Shown here piece after piece: positions 39,689-49,491 of a stretch of DNA of 64,000 nucleotides. The position numbers and the translations under genes are program-made. A model generated the notes under the pieces. It ran no database searches. It saw only the letters and a list, made by a program, of their open reading frames with translations, and had not been told where the DNA came from. Numbering within the stretch: position 1 is the stretch's first letter; the number at the start of each line of letters is the position of its first letter. Source of the DNA: an uncultured cyanobacterium. Lineage in GTDB: Bacteria > Cyanobacteriota > Cyanobacteriia > PCC-9006 > JAAUQQ01. The stretch is from the NCBI GenBank assembly GCA_963718615.1, contig OY970368.1, forward strand, positions 5,152,001 through 5,216,000, in the 5' to 3' direction.

Positions 39689-41833
39689 ATGGGTTATGCC
39701 AACATCTTGCAGTATAGCGAAGAAGACTGTGGTGCAGCTTGCTTAGCAAGCATCGCTCAACACTATGGCCAGTTCTTCAGCCTCAACCGTGTTCGTGCCG
39801 CCATTGGCACGGGTCAATTGGGTACAACACTGCTAGGATTGATGCAAGGAGCCGATAGTCTAGGCTTTCAGGCAAGAACCGTACGAGTTTCTCCAGATAT
39901 TCTCGATTGGCTTGATGAGATTCCCTTACCCGCCATTCTCCATTGGCAAGGCAACCATTACGTTGTGTTTTATGGGAAACGGGGCAATCAATACGTCATT
40001 GCTGACCCCGCGATTGGCATCCGCTTTGTCTCTAGACAAATCTTGCTCAAAGACTGGAGCCAAGGCGTTACACTCCTCCTAGAGCCGGATCCGCTGCGGT
40101 TCGCGGAGCAACTCGGCGATCGCCCCCAAAGCCTCATCCGGTTTCTACAACCCGCATGGCAGTATCGCGGTTTACTGATTGAAGCGCTGGTTTTAAATCT
40201 CTTCATCGGTGGATTTGCCTTAGCATTGCCCTTGGTCATTCAGGTTTTAACCGACGATATTTTGGTGCGGGGCGATCGCCTACTTTTGGCACGCATCGGC
40301 ATTGCTTTTGTTGTTTTACAGGGGCTCAGCAGTAGCTTAGAGTGGATTCAATCCCAACTCATTGCCCATTTCGCCCAGCGCCTCGAACTTAAACTAGTTC
40401 TTGAATTTTCCCGTACTCTGCTGCGGCTGCCCTTAACCTATTATGAGTCCCACCGCAGCGGTGAAATTGTTAGCCGTTTGCAGGATATTCAAGATATTAA
40501 TCGCTTGATTTCTAAAGTCTTGATTCGATTGCCCAGTCGATTTCTTGTGGCGTTAGTTTCTTTGGGCGTCATGGTCCTGTACAATTCAGCGCTCACGGGA
40601 GTTGCAGTGGCGATCGCGCTCTTCATGTCCTGCTCAACCCTAGTTTGCCTGCCAACTCTGCGGCGCAAAATGCGTCACTTGCTCACCCTTGAAGCGGAAA
40701 ATCAAGGCATTTTGGTTGAAAGCTTTAAAGGGGCCATGACCCTAAAGACCACTGGCGCTTCACCGCAGCTTTGGGACGAGCTCAACATCCGATTTGGGCA
40801 GTTAGCCAATCTAACCTTCCGCACGCTACAGATTAACATTCTCAATCGTAGTTTTTCTGGATTCGCCTTTGGCATCGGCGATATTGCGCTCCTCTGGTTT
40901 GGAAGCCAGTGGGTTTTGAGTGGAGACCTAAGCATTGGGCAGTTGCTAGCCTTTATGGCACTCACCGATAATTTTCTAGCATTTATTGATTTTGGTATCC
41001 AGTTTCTAGATGAGTATGTGCGAGTTAAAGCATCGGTTCAGCGGCTCTCAGAAGTTATTGATACTCCCCATGAGGCTTCATCCCAAGGCGGTCAAGCTCG
41101 GGCTCAGATCTCTTCAAGTGCAGACATTATTTGTGCAGATCTGAATTTCCATCATCCAGGTCGTCCCGAGCTTTTGAAAAATCTTTCGGTTAAGATTCCT
41201 GGCGGTAAAGTCACAGCTCTAATTGGTCCATCCGGCTGTGGCAAAAGTACTTTAACAAAATTAATCACTCAACTGTATAGTCTCCAATCCGGCAGCATTC
41301 GGGTAGGTGCCTATCGCCTTGGGGATCTACAACTAGACAATCTCAGACAACAGATTATTCTAGTTCCTCAAGATGCTCATTTTTGGAGTCGAAGTATTCT
41401 AGAAAACTTCCAGTTTTCGCTCCCTCATGCGAGCTTTGATCAGATTACAAAAGTCTGTCGAATTGCCGAAGCGGACGAATTTATCCAACAACTTCCCCAT
41501 GGCTATCAAACCATCCTAGGAGAATTTGGAGCTAATTTATCCGGTGGACAACGACAGCGGTTAGCGATCGCCCGCGCCCTCCTCTTCGATCCACCCATTC
41601 TCATCTTAGATGAATCGACAGCGGGCCTCGATCCGGTCAGCGAAGCCCATCTCCTCAATCAATTGCTCGCCCATCGACAGGGCAAAACCACATTATTAAT
41701 TAGCCATCGTCCCTCCGTCATTCAACGGGCAGATTGGGTCATTTTTCTAGAGCAAGGTCAACTTAAATTTCAAGGACCCTTGCTGGATTTACAGCGCAAT
41801 CCCGGCGCAGCAGCGAAGTTTGTTGCGCGATAG
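39689..41833 (+). CDS. Peptidase C39-containing ABC transporter (PCAT)
   Basis: QYSEEDCGAAC, HYVV and ADPA triad residues; TM domain; GPSGCGKS, LSGGQRQR, ILDES. Confidence 0.95.
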   Translation: MGYANILQYSEEDCGAACLASIAQHYGQFFSLNRVRAAIGTGQLGTTLLGLMQGADSLGFQARTVRVSPDILDWLDEIPLPAILHWQGNHYVVFYGKRGNQYVIADPAIGIRFVSRQILLKDWSQGVTLLLEPDPLRFAEQLGDRPQSLIRFLQPAWQYRGLLIEALVLNLFIGGFALALPLVIQVLTDDILVRGDRLLLARIGIAFVVLQGLSSSLEWIQSQLIAHFAQRLELKLVLEFSRTLLRLPLTYYESHRSGEIVSRLQDIQDINRLISKVLIRLPSRFLVALVSLGVMVLYNSALTGVAVAIALFMSCSTLVCLPTLRRKMRHLLTLEAENQGILVESFKGAMTLKTTGASPQLWDELNIRFGQLANLTFRTLQINILNRSFSGFAFGIGDIALLWFGSQWVLSGDLSIGQLLAFMALTDNFLAFIDFGIQFLDEYVRVKASVQRLSEVIDTPHEASSQGGQARAQISSSADIICADLNFHHPGRPELLKNLSVKIPGGKVTALIGPSGCGKSTLTKLITQLYSLQSGSIRVGAYRLGDLQLDNLRQQIILVPQDAHFWSRSILENFQFSLPHASFDQITKVCRIAEADEFIQQLPHGYQTILGEFGANLSGGQRQRLAIARALLFDPPILILDESTAGLDPVSEAHLLNQLLAHRQGKTTLLISHRPSVIQRADWVIFLEQGQLKFQGPLLDLQRNPGAAAKFVAR

Positions 41834-41871
41834 GGACCGACCAAACGCTTCAGAGTAGAGGAAAGCAAATT

Positions 41872-43221
41872 ATGCCGCTGGCTCCAGAATCTTCTCCACC
41901 GCCCACACCCTTGACAGATTGGCTCAGCAACTCAGCACCATTACAACGCAGTGAGTTTCTGCCCAGCGCAAGCTGGTCCTTGCGCCTGGGGGGACTGGGG
42001 CTAATGGGAGTCGTCGTGTCCCTGTTGGGTTTGGCCACCACGATACCCTATTCCAATGCAGTCCTAGCAACTGCAACCGTGCGACCTCGGGGAGGGGTTC
42101 AGCAGATTCAGGCTGCTACGACCGGCGTGGTAACCGCCCTTGAGGTTCAGGAAAATCAGCAGGTTACAGCGGGTCAGGTTCTGGTTCAAATCGATACATT
42201 GGAGCTGGAGCGCGATCGCCAAAGCCTTCAACTCAAAATCCAATCCACCGAACAACAGTTGCAGGATCTTTCCAAGGAGGCCCTGGATCTAGAAAAGCAG
42301 TTTGCTGCTCAACAAAATTTTCAGACCCAACGGGAGAGCTTGGGTCGAACTCAACTCGCCCAGGCCCAGGGGCAGCAGCAAGCCCAACACCAGATTGCCC
42401 AAAGCGAATTGGCAGAAGCCATGGCACTGTTAGACCTTGCCCAAGAAGAACAGCAACGCTACGAAGAGCTCACCCAGGCTGGCGCAATCTCTCAACTCCA
42501 ATTCCAGGAAAAGCGACAGGCTTTTAAAGTTGCACAGGCTCGGGTCGCCAAAGCCCGAGCGATCGCCCAACCTCCCATCCATGCCTTAGCCACAATCCAG
42601 GCCGAAATCAACCAAGCCCAAGCCGAAGGCACCGTTCAGCTCGATAGCCTACGCCAAGCCCAACAAGCCCTCCGGCGGGAAACTCATCAATTGCAAACTC
42701 AACTCCAAGAACATCGTCAAAGCCTTCAACACCTGGAAAGCCAACGCAGATCGCATCAAATCAAAGCGCCCAGCGGAGGCACCCTGCTCCAGTTTACCCT
42801 CCGCAATCGCGGCCAAGTGGTCCATCGGGGGGATACCATAGGCCAGATTGTTCCAGCAACGGACTGGGTTATCCAAGCACGAGTGAGCCCTGAGGCGATC
42901 GCCCAGATTAAACGCTGTGATGCTCCTAAGGCTACGCGCCATCGCTGTACCGAGGGACAAGCCCAGGTGCGAATCGATGCCTATCCCTATCCCGAGTACG
43001 GGACCATGGCTGGCTGGGTGACCGAAATCGCCTCAGATACCCAACAATCTCCAGCAGGCAAGGCTTATTACACCCTGACGATTGAGCTAGCGGAACCTGC
43101 TTTCCATCGGCACGGAAAACGCTACCCGTTGCAAGCAGGGATGACGGGCACTGCTGAGTTGCTAGGCCCACCGGAAACGTTATTGCGATTTTGGCTACGC
43201 AAGGTCCGACTGTGGGTCTAA
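41872..43221 (+). CDS. HlyD family membrane-fusion protein
   Basis: N-terminal TM, lipoyl half motifs, long coiled coil, AYPYPEYG, LQAGMTG. Confidence 0.92.
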   Translation: MPLAPESSPPPTPLTDWLSNSAPLQRSEFLPSASWSLRLGGLGLMGVVVSLLGLATTIPYSNAVLATATVRPRGGVQQIQAATTGVVTALEVQENQQVTAGQVLVQIDTLELERDRQSLQLKIQSTEQQLQDLSKEALDLEKQFAAQQNFQTQRESLGRTQLAQAQGQQQAQHQIAQSELAEAMALLDLAQEEQQRYEELTQAGAISQLQFQEKRQAFKVAQARVAKARAIAQPPIHALATIQAEINQAQAEGTVQLDSLRQAQQALRRETHQLQTQLQEHRQSLQHLESQRRSHQIKAPSGGTLLQFTLRNRGQVVHRGDTIGQIVPATDWVIQARVSPEAIAQIKRCDAPKATRHRCTEGQAQVRIDAYPYPEYGTMAGWVTEIASDTQQSPAGKAYYTLTIELAEPAFHRHGKRYPLQAGMTGTAELLGPPETLLRFWLRKVRLWV

Positions 43222-43225
43222 GTTT

Positions 43226-44827
43226 TCACACCACCCCTGACGCAATCATCTGAATGGCCTTGGGCAGGGATGGATCAAAGCCCCCAAAATCCCAAGAATT
43301 GCGGTCCTGGGGATCGGTCAATGTCAGTTGGTTGGGCACCAAGGTGACGTAAACAGCTTTAGCGTTGGGATTGACCCGCTGGCGATAGTCGGCTAGGGCT
43401 TGGCTCGGATGGCGGCGTCCAGCCCAGGATTCACAGTCGGTCCAGAAACAAAAGACATCGGCATGGAAACGATGGGCGATCGCCCAGTCATAGGCCACTG
43501 AAGCATCGGTCCCGCCAAAGTTCTGATCCTGGGCTTTCTGCATCGCCGAGGCGAAGCTATCGCGGGCCGTAATGCCGAGGTCTTTAAACTGGGTGGAAAA
43601 ACCGCGAATGGCGTAGTGATGCTCGGCTTTTGCCGTGGCTAAGGCCAAGGTTGTGGCAATTTCGCAACAGGTGAGGCCCAGGGACGTCACCTGATAAAAC
43701 CCCATGGAACCGGAGATATCGATCGCGTGCAGGAACACCTTGCCCGTTGGCTCCACAACTTCAAAGGAGAGCTCTAGGGCCTGGTCCAAAATATCGACAA
43801 TGCGGGCGATCGGCACCCAAGTTTTAGAACTGCGGCCCAGTTTGCCGCCGGACTGATAGGTCTTGAGCGCTTTGAGAATCTCGATGGGGTGAATCCGTGC
43901 CTTGCGCAGGGCATGGCGATCGCACAACCGTTTCGCCACTTGCTTGAGCTGTTTGCCCTTGTGGGACTGCAATACGCCAATTTGGGTGAGGGACCCGAGG
44001 TTGCGGAGTAAGGCTCCGAGGGGCATCTCTTGAAACAGCAACTGCCAGGCTTCAACATCCATCTGGCCGACGGGCGCGATCATTTCGTGGGTGAGTTTGC
44101 CCTGGGCGATCGCCTCCTTCGTCAGTTTGGGCTGGCGCTTGACCCGCTCATACCACCAAATCTGGGTCATCGCTTCAGACGGCGGTTGTGCAGGCACGAT
44201 ATCCCAACCTTGGGTCACCCACTGAAACAAGGCTTGGTGTTGATCGCTCACGGGTTTGGCATGCAGTAAGCGCAGGGCATCGCGATGGCAGAAGCCATGC
44301 CGTTGTTGATATTTGAGCAGTTGATAGGCCAATTGTTTGGCATTGGGCTGGGAAAGCCAAGCCTTACCGCATTCCCGCACGATTTTGCCAAAGCCCCGCG
44401 TCGATTTGGTGTAGCTCAACCACTCGTAGAAATGGCTGCCGGTGCGAACCACTTGCAAAAACACCTCGGCAAAGGCTTGCTTAGCGGCGTGGGATTCGCC
44501 CATGGAGAGGAGCACAAGGGCAAAAATGGGCGCACTGTTGTTGATCGCACGACCATCGCTAGCGTAGACAATTTCCTGGGCGACGCGCTGGGGATCTTCG
44601 TCCACGCAACGCCAAACGGCATCGACAAAATCGTGGGTGAGTTCGCGCTTGTCGGCATAGAACGAGCCTTGGGCGGTCCCCAGGAGCAAGCAGCGGCGCA
44701 GGTGTTGCCAGCGATCGCTCTTGAACCCATATCCCCCTGATCCAGCCTTGATCATCTCGGCTTGGCGACCGGGAATTGGCTGGGTTTGGGGCGTAGTTTG
44801 GGGGTTGAGATAAAACTGATAGGTCAT
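43226..44827 (-). CDS. TROVE/Ro60 (Rsr) RNA-binding protein with vWA domain
   Basis: RRCLLLG, LKYQQRHG, MPLGALLRNLG, RKARIHP, DISGSM MIDAS, GGTD, WTDCE. Confidence 0.92.
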   Translation of the reverse strand: MTYQFYLNPQTTPQTQPIPGRQAEMIKAGSGGYGFKSDRWQHLRRCLLLGTAQGSFYADKRELTHDFVDAVWRCVDEDPQRVAQEIVYASDGRAINNSAPIFALVLLSMGESHAAKQAFAEVFLQVVRTGSHFYEWLSYTKSTRGFGKIVRECGKAWLSQPNAKQLAYQLLKYQQRHGFCHRDALRLLHAKPVSDQHQALFQWVTQGWDIVPAQPPSEAMTQIWWYERVKRQPKLTKEAIAQGKLTHEMIAPVGQMDVEAWQLLFQEMPLGALLRNLGSLTQIGVLQSHKGKQLKQVAKRLCDRHALRKARIHPIEILKALKTYQSGGKLGRSSKTWVPIARIVDILDQALELSFEVVEPTGKVFLHAIDISGSMGFYQVTSLGLTCCEIATTLALATAKAEHHYAIRGFSTQFKDLGITARDSFASAMQKAQDQNFGGTDASVAYDWAIAHRFHADVFCFWTDCESWAGRRHPSQALADYRQRVNPNAKAVYVTLVPNQLTLTDPQDRNSWDFGGFDPSLPKAIQMIASGVV

Positions 44828-44873
44828 ACATTCCTCCAGCCCTTTGGGGCAAGGCGGCGTTGTGGGTTTGCCG

Positions 44874-45002
44874 CTGTTGCCTCCAGAGTAGGCGCGGGAG
44901 CTTCCCCTAGGCGACTCCCCTCTCGCCCAGCCGGAACGCTTGCCATTACGGGCATTTCAGGGGAGGGGAGGGCGATCGCAGTTGAGGGAGTACCCGAACT
45001 TT
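44874..45002 (-). promoter_or_regulatory. Multi-box promoter/operator upstream of TROVE (copy 1)
   Basis: Shares boxes and spacing with 50528-50655: AAAGTTCGGGT-N3-CCCTCAACT, TCGCYTAGGGGA, TAYTCT -10, CAACAGC. Confidence 0.65.
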
Positions 45003-45459
45003 CTGGGTTAAGTGCGCTCCTGATTTTCTCATCCGGCGACTTTGCGCCAAAACAACGCAGACAACGCCGTTGGTTTTCAGGTGAAGGCCAATGAGGATAG
45101 CCATGTCTACCAAGCAGACGAGACCATCACCCTGTCGCAGAACATCAGGTACCACCCTCTTCAGCCGCCGCGTAATCATTTGAGCCTTGACCCACTTGCC
45201 CGCCATCAACCAATCCCAGAGGACATCGCTAAAAAACTTGACCCAGCCGGGATGCGACCCAAGCATCTGCTCGAAAGAACGCATCTGATCCACACAAGCA
45301 TCAGGGGAGCATCGGTCAACAACTGCTGCCACAAGATTCAACTTTTTTCTGAAGACGACCCAACTCCCAAACCAGACGACTCATCCCTCTTCATAGAGTC
45401 TGCACTCATTGCGAGTCACCTCCTTATAGGCTACGGATGCCGATTGGCATCCTCCATTG

Positions 45460-46398
45460 TTATTTCAGCAACGTTATTTCAGCAACTTCAAAAGTTGCGT
45501 CTGACTTTGCCAAAGCTTCACTCGCCCCGTCTTGTAAACCTTCGCAATAAACGGAGCCCGATTCCCCAGCGCAAACCGCTCCATCCGCGCCAAACTCTCC
45601 ACAAAAATCGCCGCCATCTTTTCCCGAGTCAAATTTCCAGATGCCAAAATAAACACCTTGGCACCCGAATGAGCAACGGCCAAAACACGCTGCCCGATTC
45701 CGCGACTCAAACCAAATCGCCGCATGAATTAGCTTCGATTGACAGTCATACTCCTCAGCAAGGTCATCAATCGAATCCCCGGCGTCATACAGCTCTGCAA
45801 TCACATCCGTTGGAATGCCCGTTCCAGAAATCACTGGGCGTCCAAACGAAACCCTCGGGTCAATCGTTAGTGGCTTCTCCAATGGCTCAATATCAGGTAA
45901 CGTCTGCACCATGGGGAAAAGACGCTCCGCAATCCCCTCCTCATTCCAATCAATCCGCGTCAGCAAATGCCGAAGGACATCACGCATGGCCAACTGTCCC
46001 GATCGTGACGCATTAATCAAATTGCCAAACGACTCTACAAACAAATCAACCCCATCTGTCTGGAACTCAACCCGAGCCAGGGGGTGTTCCATCACCAACT
46101 GCTGACTCACATAGTCCATCGCCTCCCGCACCTTATCCAAGCGAATGCGATGAGATTGGCGAATCACGCGAAGCACATGGGCCTCAATCAGGTTGATAAA
46201 GGAAAGCTGTGAATGCTGATCACTAGGCCGCTGAATGATAGCCGGGAGTGCCTTGGAGCCGTTCTTCGTGGGATATGTACGACCCTTCAGCCAAGTACGA
46301 AGTGTTGGCACCGGAATCTGAAGGTAGCGAGCTACGTCAGCCACCGCATAAACAGGGGCGTGATGAACCTGATTGCTCCAATCTAAATTAGGCGACAC
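45460..46398 (-). CDS. DUF433 (VapB45-like) antitoxin that has lost its stop codon and reads through
   Basis: HTH (VARYLQIP..TLRTW), LSFINLIEAH, IDPRVSFGRPVI; native end expected near 45685 after ESRNRAA. Confidence 0.85.
   Translation of the reverse strand: MSPNLDWSNQVHHAPVYAVADVARYLQIPVPTLRTWLKGRTYPTKNGSKALPAIIQRPSDQHSQLSFINLIEAHVLRVIRQSHRIRLDKVREAMDYVSQQLVMEHPLARVEFQTDGVDLFVESFGNLINASRSGQLAMRDVLRHLLTRIDWNEEGIAERLFPMVQTLPDIEPLEKPLTIDPRVSFGRPVISGTGIPTDVIAELYDAGDSIDDLAEEYDCQSKLIHAAIWFESRNRAACFGRCSFGCQGVYFGIWKFDSGKDGGDFCGEFGADGAVCAGESGSVYCEGLQDGASEALAKSDATFEVAEITLLK
45474..45686 (-). pseudogene. C-terminal remnant of a VapC45-like PIN toxin
   Basis: AKVFILASGNLT..APFIAKVY; the N-terminal half is missing. 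Confidence 0.7.
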
Positions 46399-46681
46399 GC
46401 TCTCAACTTCCCAAACAGTCTTTCCATTCTACCCCGGTTGAGTGCTTCTCATTGGCTGGTGAAGCCATCGACTGAAAAATATTAAGAAATGACCAAACCC
46501 AGCTTCGCCAAAAGCTCCTCAGGGGAAACATTCTGCGACTGCCCCCGGTGACGCCCCTTCTTGCGCGCCTCAACCGGAATATCCGACAACTTGAGTACCG
46601 GCAAAAGCGTTGCAGCATTGAAAGCCTCGATATCGCGAATCAGCTCCTCCAACAATTCTAGGCGAGTAAAATGGTGATGTC

Positions 46682-47278
46682 TCAAAGTCGATTCTCGGCA
46701 TACCTGTAAACCCGGCCCAGATTCAGCACCAGTGGCGGATGTAGATGGCCTAGCTGAATTTCTAGATCAGTTTCCTTGCCTAAATAGAAGTTCTTAATCC
46801 AGTCATTCTCTTGACGCTGATAGACCGTCACCATCACTTCAGTCTGCGACAAAATCAGATAGGTCTGTAGCGAATCGATCGCCAGATACTTTTCCCGCTT
46901 TTCTCCCTTATCCTTCCGCGCCGTGCTATCCGAAAGCACCTCCGCCAACAGCACAGGTGACTCCTCATACAACTCCGAATATTCTTCCCCACAAGCCAAC
47001 ATCACATCGGGATAAGCAGAATTATCCTTCTCATTAAGCCGCCGCTCCCGATCAATCCGCACCTTAACGTCTGCCACGTACAGGCGACAGCCCGCTTCCT
47101 TCTGGCGGTCAATCTCCGTAAACAGCCCCAGCGCAATCAAATTATGCGCCTTCGTCCCACCTGTCATTGCCACAATCTGGCCATCCAGCAGCTCATACTT
47201 GAGCCCCGTTAGCTCTTCCAGCTCCAGCAATTCCTCAAAGCTGTAAAGTCTTTTAGCATCTGGTAATGCACTGTTCAT
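46682..47278 (-). CDS. Uma2 family endonuclease
   Basis: KYELLDGQIVAMTGG, YPDVML, AEVLSDST..DKGEK. Confidence 0.9.
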   Translation of the reverse strand: MNSALPDAKRLYSFEELLELEELTGLKYELLDGQIVAMTGGTKAHNLIALGLFTEIDRQKEAGCRLYVADVKVRIDRERRLNEKDNSAYPDVMLACGEEYSELYEESPVLLAEVLSDSTARKDKGEKREKYLAIDSLQTYLILSQTEVMVTVYQRQENDWIKNFYLGKETDLEIQLGHLHPPLVLNLGRVYRYAENRL

Positions 47279-47427
47279 GGATCGTTCCCAACCAACAGCT
47301 CTAAACAACCTAGCGATTTCCAAGTCTTATTATCGCTCTTTCTCTTGATGATCCGGTTAATCAGATCATCGGTAGTCCAAATGATCAGGGTAATGGGATC
47401 ATCATGAACTCTTTCCGCCCTGATTTC

Positions 47428-47961
47428 CTAGATCGCTTGCCACTCGCGTAAAACTAACCGGCATTGCAGGCATTGGATTCGCGCTAGGAGCGATCGCACA
47501 CCGCTCTCATTGGCGGGATAAGCGGCTTCGAGGTATTCCGGTAAGACTATTGCATCGGGGCGAATCTGGGCGATGTAGCCGTAGAGCTTTTGGTTGGAGA
47601 AGGAACTGTTGATGGGCCAACCTTCGGTGTTGAGGGGGGTGAGGTGATCGATGGCGGGGGCGGGGAGGCCGAGTTCTCGCTGGAGGATGGCGATCGCCAC
47701 GGACTCGCGATCCTGTTCCGCCGGACAGCGCCCACCGGGGAGATCGAGGGTTGCGGTGCCAAGGCCAGGGCGATAGACGGGCGGGGGTAGGAGGATTTGT
47801 TGGTTTTGCAGGGGTAGAACGATGAGGGAGTCGGCTTTTTCAATTCGCCAGTATTCGTGGAGGGTACCGTTGGGGTCTTGGAGGTGTTCGCCGATGAGGG
47901 TGAGCCATTTTGTTTGGAGGTGGAGGAGGCGGTTTTGGAGGGTCCAGGGTTGGGGAGGCAT
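47428..47961 (-). CDS. Nudix-fold protein (degenerate box)
   Basis: YRPGLG..TLDLPGG...ILQRELG. Confidence 0.7.
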   Translation of the reverse strand: MPPQPWTLQNRLLHLQTKWLTLIGEHLQDPNGTLHEYWRIEKADSLIVLPLQNQQILLPPPVYRPGLGTATLDLPGGRCPAEQDRESVAIAILQRELGLPAPAIDHLTPLNTEGWPINSSFSNQKLYGYIAQIRPDAIVLPEYLEAAYPANESGVRSLLARIQCLQCRLVLREWQAI

Positions 47962-48144
47962 AGGAATAGGGAGATGATGGAGATCGAGATCACAGGGCGA
48001 TCGTGGATCTAGTATTTATCCTGAAGTATAATAAGACTCAGTGTATATAGTATGACTCCAAGCAAGAGTCTTGACGGCAGCTTCTATATTTTCATCATCG
48101 AAAGATAGAACAAAGACACTACTTTGAAGCATAGGTCATACACC

Positions 48145-49491
48145 ATGGTAAATGTCATCAGCGGTAGTTTATCTGAGGTGCTGCTAGAACTTCCTAGTGA
48201 CGCTAAAGAGCCGGTTGTTTGTCAATTATTTTCGGGTAAGCTTCTGAAAGCTTTAGGATTTGGAGATCATGAGGTTTATCCTGAGTATAAAACAGGGAGC
48301 GGGCAAAAATCTGTTGATAGGGCGGCAAGAAAAAATCTAGATAACAATGACCTATTCATTGCTACAAAAAAAGATCCATATTTGCTAGTAGAGCTAAAAG
48401 GAAGAGATATCAATTTGAGCGACGGCTCGGCACATTATCATTCAACTGTTAGACAGCTCAAAGGCTACATGCTTGATGTTAATTGCAAATCTGTAAAATG
48501 GGGAATTATTACAAATTCTTGCCATGTTCAACTATTTAGAAAGCATGGAAAAACTATTTACCCGGCAACCAAGTGCATCGCATTAAGCGTTGACAATATC
48601 GAAGAAGAAGTTAGAAAAATACGAGATAAGATTGACAACCCGAAAAAAGCTTTAACAGTCGCCATTTACAATAATAAAGGAGGCGTTGGCAAGACCACGA
48701 CGACAGTGAATCTTGCTGCGACTTTAGCTCTATTTGGCAAAAAAGTTTTGGCAGTTGATTTTGATCCAAATCAACACGATTTAAGCAATTCCTTGGGGTT
48801 TAAGTTAAGCGAAAATTCTGTTTCAAGTGCTTTAGAATCAAAAGATATAGATATTCTCTCAACCATAGAAACCTATTCTTTTAAAACTAGAACACCTGGA
48901 CTTTCTCTTACCTTTGATATTATTCCAGCAGACCAAAGGCTTAAAAAAGAGGGTGAAAAGTTTCTAAGTAACTACCCTAGAAACCTACTATATCGTAATC
49001 TTGAAGCCGCAAGAGAAAAATACGACTATATCATTGTAGACTCGCCACCTAATTGGACAATTTTTAGTCAACTGGCAGTCTATGCTGCCGATGTAGTTCT
49101 TATTCCAGCTAAGCATAATAACGTTTTCTCTCTGGAAAATGCGGCGATCGCCATGAAGAATTTTATTCCAGAAACACAAGAGCGAAAATCAGATGGAACA
49201 CCAGTCGCACTACCTATCTTTTTTAATGGTGAAAGAACTACTCCTCCACAATTGAGCGCAGCACAGAAGGAAATCAACAATATTCTTAAGACAGCAAAGC
49301 AGGAAGGATTTGATCTGCTACCCTACTTTTACTCTAGATACACGAATTCACAGAGAAACCTATATATTCCTCAAATACCAAGTTATGCCAACATAGCCAG
49401 TGCTGCCTTTTCTCGGGTGCCAGCCGTTTATCGTGATCGTGCTGCCCACGAATACTACAAAAACTTAGCAAAGGAATATTTTTTACAATGA
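48145..49491 (+). CDS. N-terminal restriction-endonuclease-like (HsdR_N-type) domain fused to a ParA ATPase
   Basis: PEY..VD..LLVELK..QLKGY..WGIITN; NKGGVGKTT, VDFDPNQ, YIIVDSPP. Confidence 0.8.
   Translation: MVNVISGSLSEVLLELPSDAKEPVVCQLFSGKLLKALGFGDHEVYPEYKTGSGQKSVDRAARKNLDNNDLFIATKKDPYLLVELKGRDINLSDGSAHYHSTVRQLKGYMLDVNCKSVKWGIITNSCHVQLFRKHGKTIYPATKCIALSVDNIEEEVRKIRDKIDNPKKALTVAIYNNKGGVGKTTTTVNLAATLALFGKKVLAVDFDPNQHDLSNSLGFKLSENSVSSALESKDIDILSTIETYSFKTRTPGLSLTFDIIPADQRLKKEGEKFLSNYPRNLLYRNLEAAREKYDYIIVDSPPNWTIFSQLAVYAADVVLIPAKHNNVFSLENAAIAMKNFIPETQERKSDGTPVALPIFFNGERTTPPQLSAAQKEINNILKTAKQEGFDLLPYFYSRYTNSQRNLYIPQIPSYANIASAAFSRVPAVYRDRAAHEYYKNLAKEYFLQ

Noticed and set aside
45008-45410. Minus-strand ORF behind a strong AAGGAGGT SD, broken at an A run (possible programmed frameshift)
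   Set aside because: It appears to need two frame changes and has no recognisable family; more likely a decayed gene
45042-46016. 324-aa plus-strand ORF
   Set aside because: Antisense shadow of the DUF433/PIN remnant with no recognisable motifs
46482-46685. 67-aa ORF after Uma2
   Set aside because: TTG start and no assignable family; possibly a gene fragment
47349-47375. Possible fourth ECF promoter, TGATCC-N16-GGTAG
   Set aside because: The -10 deviates at two positions and no sense gene follows
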